From contig JABANN010000281.1 of assembly GCA_013115125.1 (NCBI GenBank), positions 1 to 43,322 of the forward strand: a stretch of 43,322 nt of DNA, given 5' to 3'. The notes under the pieces are model-generated. The model saw nothing but the letters and a program-made list of their open reading frames with translations, had not been told where the DNA came from and did no database searches. Source of the DNA: Perkinsus olseni (Eukaryota). This document shows positions 33,849-43,322 of the stretch, in pieces (the stretch's first letter is position 1; each line of letters opens with the position of its first letter). Both the position numbers and the translations under genes were made by a program.

Positions 33849-36800
33849 TCACGTCTCGGTCACGCGGGGCCGTAGCTCGGCTGCGCTATTGACTCTTAAG
33901 TTCGGGTTTTTCACACGCAACGTACTCTTTCTCCATGATTTGTCGAATACGTTGGCAGAGCGATAGATCTGCTTTCCAGAAGCATATCGGTCTGTAGACT
34001 GCGCAGTTCTCAACTCCTTGTAGTCTGCCAACTCAACCATGTGTGAGCTGGGATCGTCTGCGACTGTTTCGATATCTACCTTCGCTGACTTGGCCTTCCC
34101 TTGGCTGAGAGAAACTCTCGAAGCATTCGGGGCGGGACACTCCGTCACAGTAGAGCAAGGTAGCGACTCCCATTGCCCCCGGTTGCTTCGTGCTTTGCAG
34201 AATGGTGTGTGTCCCGATCGGAGATGCCGGACGTGGCTATCTACCGTCCCGGTAAAACATTCAGAGTCCGCCTATTAGACGCGCAAGATACACGGTGAGC
34301 CGCCTTTCTTGAACCAAAGCAGCGACGATTACTATTCCTTAGACACAGGCTCGTCGTGGAAGACATACTGAATCAACACTTCATGAAAGAACGACTGTGA
34401 GAGTTCACGCTTGTCGCCGACCGTTCCAGCTTGTTGCGTTATCGAGGTCGTTCGTCATAGCCATCGCGCTGGAGCCTGAGGATGCCCTGTTTCTCTGTGA
34501 GACTTCAATTAGAGGCTCTGAATGGCCGAAGATAGTGCAGTGCTCAAGCAGGGCTGAACGTGAGTTGAATGGAAAAAATCGGAACAGCCTTATGAGTTCA
34601 GTTGTAGCAGCAGTGTGGTGGATGGTGGATGAGTCCGAGCCTTAGGCGATTCAAGAGAGCGACTTCTGTCTTGGCGGATGCATCACATGTGGTGTCTGGA
34701 TCTTTCCTGCGTTGCGTTGTGAATCCAAATCATTGCTGATAGAACACTCCCAAGAACTCAAATAGGATTGTTTCGAGGTAAGGTCGGGTGGCATAGGGCA
34801 GAAGGCAATGCACATGTCATCTCACACTCGCGCCATCTCTCAGTCTCGCAAGCCTTCCATAGACGGCCGAAATTCTCATGCCGTCCTCAACTCCCCAACC
34901 AGCACTATCGGTCCGATCCAAGCGGCTCGGACCCAGTCGGCACTCCGGGCCAGGGTCAGGAAACAGGGTCCAGTAGGCCATTGTTTAGCAGGACTTGCGC
35001 GAACCTGCTCACGACCGATGCCTAGAACAGACTGCATCCTGCCAAGCCTTACGCTCCGAGCTTCACATTGCCCTCTTTCCCCCTGTCAGTGTCATCAGCT
35101 TTGACGATTTCCTCGACGCAATCGACCTGTGAGAAGCAACCGTCTAGCCGGAAGACGGATCTGAGCGTACCATCATCGTATCTTGCTCAGCTCGCAACCG
35201 TTCGGCCAGCACTCTGAGGACATCGACAGCATCTTTCTGCGCAGCATAGGTTGTCCGCGAAGTAGCTCCTCGGCGTTGTCGGATGCGACCTGCTAAATGA
35301 TACCAGGAGCGAGATGCACGACACCGGGCGCACTGGGGAGCTCATTGGTCGATCGGGCCGCGGCCACTACTAGGCCTAGCATGAACTTGGCCTCCTCCTC
35401 CTGCCACGCCATCAGTGCGGCCCTCCGACGGTCCTATTGAGAGCGAGCGCCTTTTCCCACACGAGCACTTGAGTTGGCGTACGTCGTCGTGTTGCATCAA
35501 CAAAAACTCCGACACTATCTTTCCCGTAGCGACTGTTGTGAGCCCGGCAGGCCTCTCGTGTATCCTCTCGACCACGAGCTGAAATCACAGTCAGGATTAG
35601 ATTCTCGACCTGAAATGGTGTAGCGTACCTCCATCAGTTGAACGCACGCAAAGGTGAGGGCCGAGCGGCACAGTAGACGCCAAAACTCATGGAAGGTGAC
35701 TGTGTGCTCTTTGCGGACATCATGTGGTTTCACGCTCTCCTGGAAAATACGAATGAGAGGGACTCGGCCTTGTGGCCCTAACATCACGCTTGGACGAAGA
35801 GGCGAGCAACAATTTCGTGGCGAAGTGACGGTTTCTGATCAAGCCCATCTCGTCCATGCGATCAACGGCTTTCAGAAGGTGTGTGCGTCTCTCTCGAACT
35901 AGACGGCGATCGTCGGATACGAATATCGACTGGAGGTCCTAGAGGAGGCACAATGAGGCTCACCAACTCGGGAGTGAGGACTCACTCGCCAAACCCTATC
36001 GTATTTGGCAAGCCACTCAGCAGTGCGACTGCCCGATGGACCACCGAAGCGTTCCCTCAGCTGCTGGAATAGGTGGACAAGCTCCCCGGTGTAGCCAGGA
36101 TCAATCCCGGCCTCGCGGTCGTTGGTGGCCCTCTGGAGATCTGCTAAAGAACAGGTATCTGACCACGATGTCCTCAGCGCCTTGTCGTGAGTCGAACGGG
36201 CGAACCGTGAACAGCCCGAGTAGATGGGTGCTGCCGCAGGCGACTCAACTTCATACCAGCCCCTAGGATCGAGAGGCGTGGAAGTGATTCGTACATGCAT
36301 TGGAATTAGTATCCGCGGCAATCCTGATGACAGTTAAGGCTGTCTGCATGGACTGCCCAATTCGGAACCAATAGAACAACGGCACGAAATCGGTGAAGGT
36401 GACAGTGGAAGTCGGGGTGAGGTCAAAGTCCTGAGTCCGGTGACTGAGAGCTGCACGGGCTACTCGGCGACGGTTACCTCAGATATCCTCAAAAGTGATG
36501 CGTAAGCGGCTGAGAAAGGCCCACTCGGAAGGTCGGAATCGACATGCTCCTCCACGATAGGGGCCTGAGCTCTAGAGGTGTGGAACGGGTCGTTCTGGAT
36601 AGGCTACGGACAACGTAGTCAACTTCGTTCCTCCAATGAACTCTCTCGTATAATGCTGCTAGGAGGGGGGTCTGGAGAGAAGTTGAACTACTGTCGGGAT
36701 CAGGACGGCAGTCATACAGTCACCTTGCGTGCATTGGGCTTAGTCGTCATGCCTTGTACAAGACTGCAGCGATAGGCAGATCTGCCACTGATAGAGGCCA

Positions 36801-37370
36801 TTGTCGCAAACTTAGGACGAGGCCGTTCAAGCGTGGGTACGAGCGCCGCTGGCGCCGCGCTCTTGAGCGTGAGTGACACACGCCGCTGAGGTGCGCCTTG
36901 CACGCGTTTGCAGTTGAGCTTTTCTCGCTTTCCGCAACGCGATGCTTTGATGACACTGACTGGGCCACTTGCACTTAGTTCTTTGATAAATGCTGTATCG
37001 GATACTTGCTTCGCGCGTTGAGTGAGTGTGAGGTCTTCTTTGGCAGTAACTTCAACTGACCGGCGGCGAGACGGCCGGAATCTAAGTACGGCCTGCTGTT
37101 AGCCTAGATGGCCGTGGTGAAGCACACTCACCGGTATGCGTCGCTGCCTAGAAACGCCTCCAGTGAACCTAGATGCAGGTCTGCTCCCGGAGATCCTTTG
37201 GCAGGCCGTGCGGGGACGACGGAGGATCGTTTGGGCATGCGAAGAATTCTCCCTAGCGGCACGAGACTAGTGTGAGCGTGAATAGATCAGTGTTGAGAAA
37301 GGGTTTTAAGGGATACCGAAACGAGCAGGGCGTCGTCGAAGCTGAGATCAACAGCACGAGGTAAGAGAAA
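33849..37370 (-). CDS. Large multi-exon hypothetical protein (ends uncertain; could be more than one gene)
   Basis: Series of short minus-strand exons with GT/AG borders, e.g. MPKRSSVVPARPAKG..LEAFLGSDAY|RFRPSRRRS, STVTFTDFVPLFYW, HTVTFHEFWRLLCR. No firm domain call. Confidence 0.45.
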
Positions 37371-37454
37371 CATCGCCTCTCGGGTGCCAAACAAAGGTTA
37401 TCGCTCCCACGAAGTACTGCATTTACGAACGTGAAGCAAGAGGCAGTAGAAACA

Positions 37455-38345
37455 CTAGGGGTGTTGGGCAGTGGTATTAACCTCGTCAGTATCACAAGTA
37501 GGGGGCTGTTGCTCGACAGCGGCCATGGTGACTTTGAAGCAGCAGCCTCCAACGACGGGTGCTTCTGTGATGTCGAAGTACCCCACGTAGCATGGATGGC
37601 CGAGAGCGGCTAGATACCCTGCAATGATCTGAACACAGACATCGTCCCGACACTAGAGCTCAGCAGCAGCGATAACTCACCCCCTTGGGCAGCTCTAGTG
37701 TCTGTTCTATCCGATTGACCACGTGTGGCGGTGTGGCTTCAACGTCGTTATAGTTGACACCAGCCTTAACCACCTCCTCTATCGGGGCGAACCCGTTGTC
37801 GTGAATAACATAACTACCCTGAAGGAATGACCGTCATGATAGACTTCCAAGTACGTAAAACACCTTACTCGGTTGTCAGTCTGCAATCGATCGGCCTGCT
37901 TGCCGTAGAGCCGCGGCCAGAGGTGCTTGCACACATTTTTCACTGCAAGGTCGTCCCGCTCCAAACTCGCCTTTTGCTCAGGATACATCGTGTTGAGTTC
38001 CCTGAAACCACCAGCTCAGCATTCATGCCTCTTGCCCGTCCCCTACTGTTTCCCCAGTCGTTCCCCTATCCACATTCCCATGCTCTCCAGCAGACTGTAC
38101 GATACCACACCATCGTCTAACATCCTCTCTCCGTACCGTGTAACCATGGAGTTATGTAAAACCTAGTAGAGCGCACCTGCACCGCAGCCGAAGGTTAGTC
38201 GTAGATCTCTCACCGTGCAACTAGCCTGCGAAACCATGCGAGGCCTTTCGCCAGTCTTCGGAGTGGGAGGCGGCGTCAAGGTGGTGTCCACCGGTACCGC
38301 CACCGTCGGGGACGCTCGACGATCTGACCTGCCTCCGTCCGACAT
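37455..38345 (-). CDS. TRAPPC6: TRAPP complex subunit 6 (Trs33, Bet3 family), multi-exon
   Basis: Spliced VLHNSMV...LESMGMWIGERL...VKNVCKHLWPRLYGKQADRLQTDNR|GSYVIHDNGF...PKG|IIAGYLAALG...CCFKV follows the TRAPPC6 pattern (KFICKDFW..VFKKQIDNLRTNHQGIYVLQD). Confidence 0.9.
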
Positions 38346-38517
38346 TGTATTCGAAACTACAGAATCACCCGCCCCCACTAAACTTACCAGAGAACCCGGA
38401 AACTCAACAGTCTTTATGAACACCAATTTCAATGGGACATGCCTCACTCCTCAGCATCGTCTTCCGTTTTAAGGGTTCCTTGCCCAATTGGTATCTTTCA
38501 GGAGGTGATGCCTGCTA

Positions 38518-39233
38518 TCAATGGAGACCTACCAATTTCCGGAAATCCTCGAGCCCGAGCTTGCCATCACCGTCAGCGTCCGCTGCTTGCACTGAATTAA
38601 GCGGTATCCATTCACAGCGCTTGTTACTAGGCTTACGTATGCTCTTAGTGTCATCATCAGACAAAGCACCGTAGCCAGCCGACCCGAACAACTCTTTCAC
38701 TATGTCCATGTTGACGTAGCCCGTGTTCTGGGGATCGCACATCTGCGGTCGAACAACGGCACGGCAAGACTAGAGAAGGAAGACACGAGCACCTTGAAGG
38801 CTTCCGCTGCAGGGTCGAAGCCCGTGAGTTGATTGCCGCGTAGGAGTGCGAACAGCTCCTTGAAGGTCATCTCATTCTGGTTGTTCATCATGAACCTTCA
38901 CTGTACATGACTATCCCCGTGTCACCACGATAGCTCACTTGAGATCTTTACTGGTGATGTTCTTATTGAACGGTACGAGCCTCTCCTTGAGGTCATTGAC
39001 GGTGATTTTCCCAGCTCCCTGAGGCAGGTGGACGCCGTGTAGTTCGTCAGCGAGAGGCGGCTGATACTTTAAAATCGAAGAAATCCCAGGCCACTCGCAG
39101 TGCCTCTTCTCGCACTAGTACTCCGCCTCGCTGAGAGGAGTCAATAGGCATGCTAGAGACGGGAGTGCCAACTCACGGAGTTCCGAGCAACAGGATCGAC
39201 TTGTGTCTTCCGCCCACTCTTTGGCGAGGACAT
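38518..39233 (-). CDS. Calmodulin-like EF-hand protein, multi-exon
   Basis: AWDFFDFK|GAGKITVNDL, AEAFK|MCDPQNTGYVNMD, AADADGDGKLGLEDFRKLV*. Confidence 0.85.
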
Positions 39234-39368
39234 AAGAATGGGGAAAAGAGGACTAATTTACGCAGAGATGGAGGGAGCTTAGGGGGCCACTACTGCCCGT
39301 ATTCTGAGCGATGATCTGATAATAGTGATGTCCTGTCCTGGGGCTACCTATTACAATACATTCTATTT

Positions 39369-40143
39369 CATAGTGTGGTGACACGTCTAGTATATCACAG
39401 TCACAGTCACCACTCCATAGTGTGCTGACACGTCTAGTGTATCACAGTCACAGTCACCACCCCATAGTGTGCTGACACGTCTAGTGTATCACAGTCACAG
39501 TCACCACTCCATAGTGTGGTGACACGTCTAGTGTATCACAGTCACAGTCACAGTCACCACTCCATAGCGTGGTGACACGTGCAGTGTATCACAGTCACAG
39601 TCACCACTCCATAGTGTCGTGACACGTCTAGTGTATCACAGTCACCACTCCATAGTGTGGTGACACGTCTAGTGTATCACAGTCACAGTCACCACTCCAT
39701 AGTGTGGTGACACGTCTAGTGTATCACAGTCACAGTCACAGTCACCACTCCATAGCGTGGTGACACGTGNNNNNNNNNNNNNNNNNNNNNNNNNNNNNNN
39801 NNNNNNNNNNNNNNNNNNNNNNNNNNNNNNNNNNNNNNNNNNNNNNNNNNNNNNNNNNNNNNNNNNNTAACAGTCACAGTCACCACTCCATGGCCTGGTG
39901 ACACGTCTAGCCTATCACAGTCACAGTCACCACTCCATAGCGTGGTGACACGTGCAGTGTATAACAGTCACAGTCACCACTCCATGGCCTGGTGACACGT
40001 CTAGTGTATCACAGTCACCACTCCATCGTGTGGTGACACGTCTAGTGTATCACAGTCACCACTCCATCGTGTGGTGACACGTCTAGTGTATCACAGTCAC
40101 AGTCACCACTCCATCGCGTGGTGACACGTCTAGAATATCACAG
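39369..40143. repeat. Tandem minisatellite, ~47-bp unit (41/47/53-bp variants), interrupted by a 98-N gap at 39770-39867
   Basis: Unit (CACAGT)1-3 CACCACTCCATAGTGTGGTGACACGTCTAGTGTAT repeated on both sides of the gap. Confidence 0.97.
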
Positions 40144-40504
40144 CCATCATGCCACGGTGTCGTGATGTGATTGTTGTGCTACGACTGTTGATAAGTCTGC
40201 ATTCCGTCACTACCCCACGCCTCCCGTACTACAATTGATGCAGCTGATGCACTGCTAGTTGCGGCGCACCCATAACTCGCATGAACACACTCAAGACACC
40301 GCTGAAGGGACAAACATGGCATCTCAGTGCTAGGGGCTAACCGAAATCAAAATGCCACGCTAGCCGGCGAATCGAGGACATCCCACTATCGCTGTAACAC
40401 AAGACACTACAAAGGTCAGGAAACCACACGCCACCACCGAGTATCGCATTAGTTCAAACAGTGTTTAGTCGTCATGATGTTCACTGAGATGCAGTAAGAA
40501 AAAA

Positions 40505-41251
40505 TCAGGCCGCCTGGGCCTTACACTGCTTCAGCTGGTCCACGAGGGACTGGCATTCGAACGAGTCCTTGCCTTGAAACCATAGACTAACATCAACCAT
40601 CAAGGTGAGGCGCTCTTACTCGACAGGCATTGGTTCAGATTGTCCTGTTGATTCTTGCAAGGGTCAGCCGCGGCCGCCGGTGCTGCCGGGGCGCCTTCGT
40701 GCTTGTGAACGACCTGAGGAAAATTCGCAGCACCCGCGGGGAGGTTACCTCGAGGTGTACCTCTGTCTGTCTAGGGCCAAATATGGCGTCCACAGCACGA
40801 TTGGCGATAGACATGCCCACACCGGACGCCATACCACCCATTAAAGATCCGGCCAGACCAGACATCATACCACCACCACCTGAGATACACATGGCCGGTT
40901 CGAGAGAAGGTCAGGACGTACCAGAGGGGGCGGCAGGAGGAGGGCTAGCAGCTGCCGGAGTAGGGGTCGGCTGCGGTACAGAGGCGGGAGCTGTAGGGGC
41001 GCGGGCTGGGGCAGCAGGGGTAGAAGGGGCAGTACTAGTAGGGGAGCTAGGGGGTGTGGGTTGCTGACGAGAATACAGCGTGCTGAGAAAGTGGAGTGCA
41101 CAGCTACTACCTGCTGTGCTGATGTCTGACTACTCTTCCTGCCATGACTAGGCCCAGAAGCAGCAGCCCTACGAGCTCCCGTAGTCGGGCCGGCAGCAGC
41201 AGGGGCTGCGGGAGTAGAGGAAGTCTTAGCGGGGCCCGACTTGCGCGGCAT
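40505..41251 (-). CDS. CHCHD2/CHCHD10/Mix17-like mitochondrial twin-CX9C protein, multi-exon
   Basis: MPRKS.. Ala/Pro-rich N-terminus, central GMMSGLAGSLMGGMASGVGMSIANRAVDAIFG helix, CKNQQDNLNQC and CQSLVDQLKQC. Confidence 0.92.
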
Positions 41252-41594
41252 GGTTATACGAAAAACAAGCCTGGTAGGAGCAGCACGGTACAGATAATAG
41301 CCGCAGTACTCATTAGCGATCCTGTGGCCGCTGATGCACAGGAGAAGCCAAAATAAGTGCGCTGATAGGTACGACACGAAACACCTAATTGCACAACATG
41401 CACGAAATGCGACAAAATATGTCGCGCGCCACAAAATTAACCTCCGGAGGCCACCAGTCAGAACGGTGCCGCACACCACTATCTCCAGCAGAAACCAACG
41501 ATGGGTTGAATAACTGTGAACGAAACGCCTGATGATGAAGTTCCGAAATGACACATGATACTGATGACAAATCATAGGCTGGCCAGAGGCAGTC

Positions 41595-42725
41595 TCAGGC
41601 AGCAGCAGAAGAGGACTCGGATGCACCGGTCGTCTTCTTCTCTTCCCTTTCACACCTCTTCTTGCACAGGAAATACACAGCCGCCAAAACTATGATCGGC
41701 AGAACCTGACAGAGCACAACCTCATCGAGGGTAAGGGCAGTGAGGCACTTACCTTGGGGTCCTTCAGCTTCGGTAGGAGCTGTTGTACCGGCGGCCCGAC
41801 CACTGTCGCCACCCCCAAGCTGGTCCCCATCACGCACGCTCCTACGATGGTCGATCTGCACTCGAAAAGATGCGCTGAGCACGTCGGGTGGAACGCCCAC
41901 CTGAGGAACCTCTCGAGCTGGAAGAACTCCCTCGGGCTCTTCTTTCTGTCTGGCCTCTGGAGAGAATACCCTCGCCACTCGTTGCCAGGAGCGGAAATAA
42001 CGCACGCCAAAACCACCGTGACGAACATGCTGGAGATGCGGCCTGAGAAGCTCAGCCGTACGGTTGCTGCTGTAGTTGTAGCATTTACCGATGGTTGAGT
42101 CGGATGCCTGGGGGAAGGTCCTGGCCATGAAGGCTGCTATAGTATTGCGCGAATTAGCATAGATGACGTCCCGAACCTGCCGTAAAGCAGGCACTGCACA
42201 CGATATTGAAGAGCAACGTGTGACGGTGCTTACCACAGTAGGGAGGTACGCCGTCCAGAGAGCAGGGTCAGCAAGGGTAACTTCCCTGTTCATGGACTTG
42301 TTGAAGCGGTAGTTGGTGATGGGCAGCGTGGCCGTGGTGAAGATGATACCTACCCGAGCGACGGGAGAACAACAGATGCCGGACCAGCAGGCACCGTACC
42401 GGTGATCACACCACGTAGTTCCTTCGGTATATTGACACGGCGTATGATCTCGTTGAGGACCTCAAAAAGCGGGAACTTGATGAAGTTGGTAGGCAGGGTA
42501 GTCTGGAAGTACTTCAGAGACTTCTCAACGTCAACTTCAGCGAGGGCCTGAGGGAGAGCGGTGACACGCCCCAATAGAAGTGGGCAAGTTCACCTGTTTA
42601 AGAGAGCATCTCTCGACGAGGACCCTGTTGGTGACAGGGTCGGTGACACTGGCTATGAGGGCTCCAACGATGGCACCAGCTGCGCCCTGGCTGGCAGCGG
42701 CTACGCTGGCGCTCACCAAAGACAT
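41595..42725 (-). CDS. Multi-TM protein, divergent mitochondrial-carrier-like, multi-exon
   Basis: Three hydrophobic helices each ending in Pro plus a basic residue (DPVTNRVL, LPITNYRF, APGNEWRG), echoing the PxDxxK repeat. Extra C-terminal TM segment. Clean GT-AG splicing. Confidence 0.6.
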
Positions 42726-43202
42726 GTGGGATTGAAAAACTGCGGCAGGTGAATACGGTACGCGAAGATTGCAAAATTAACCCTAGAAACACGGTTATGA
42801 CCGAGATCGGTCGATTTCTGGAACCGCCCAGCCATTTCATCCGGCTAGACTGTGACGGAGTAGGCGTAGTACTGACGGACGACAATTGAAAAGCATCAAA
42901 GACACAGCGGCTGGAGAATGATACCGTAACGCGGAGATTGAAGCACTCAAGCGCATGTAGCGCGCCCGCTGAACTGAACTAATACCCTACCTACTTAGCC
43001 ATGAGTGATTGAAGAACAAAGTGAGCACATACCTGTGGTGTTGTTTACAGGAGCAGCGTTATGAACTCCTCATTGCTTCCTTCGAAATATACGCGTCAAA
43101 AGGCGTAGTGTACAGGCGACGCTTTGAAAGGGTCATCAAGGTGCGACCGTAGCAGATAAGAAATATGCAGAAACTCGCACCTGCACTTACGAAGTAGCAA
43201 TG

Positions 43203-43322
43203 AATTCAATTCAATTCAAACTTTATTGCCCGGGCGTTACAAGCTCAAGGCTTATCGCCCATCACACGGCCCGCGCAAGCGGATCCCGATATGGTTAGAC
43301 CCAACCATAGAGCCTTAAAACA
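43203..43322 (-). mobile_element. Probable 3' end of a non-LTR retrotransposon/SINE (extends beyond window)
   Basis: Minus strand ends ...GCCCGGGC AATAAAG TTTGAATTGAATTGAATT, an AATAAA plus (TTGAA)n tail typical of L2/CR1-group 3' ends. Confidence 0.5.

Noticed and set aside
38669-38678. ACCGTAGCCA matching the start of the Perkinsus spliced leader
   Set aside because: Only 10 nt, lacks the TGGCTCAAG end, and is antisense to an EF-hand exon. No SL relic was seen upstream of the intronless genes.
39369-40143. CRISPR-like array (palindromic repeats)
   Set aside because: No unique spacers, units are directly tandem, no cas genes, eukaryotic context.

Overview
Eukaryotic protist genomic DNA, most consistent with Perkinsus (a myzozoan alveolate). 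This is inferred from dense genes split by many ~40-60 nt GT/GC-AG introns, occasional intronless transporter and secreted-protein genes, and very short intergenic gaps. The ORF track shows only exon fragments, so gene models were spliced by hand and exon boundaries are approximate. The first ~12.5 kb is gene-poor. It holds an EF-hand gene running off the window, a decayed Penelope-like RT remnant, clustered AT-rich palindromes, an intronless amino acid transporter and a decayed RNase H remnant. From 12.6 to 32.1 kb a + strand run contains two hypothetical genes, an RWD/RING-H2 protein, an ATP sulfurylase-APS kinase fusion, a small mitochondrial membrane protein, a NO66/RIOX-like JmjC oxygenase, PARN and an APE1L-like AP endonuclease; one intronless minus-strand gene interrupts it. 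From 32.4 to 42.7 kb a - strand run contains a GPI-type surface protein, a hypothetical gene, TRAPPC6/Trs33, a calmodulin-like protein, CHCHD2/Mix17 and a carrier-like protein. The main non-coding structures are an 823-bp foldback element with 329-bp near-identical arms inside an APE1L intron, a 262-bp hAT-type MITE with a perfect 8-bp target-site duplication, a hairpin-forming 47-bp minisatellite spanning an assembly gap, and a probable LINE 3' tail at the window end.
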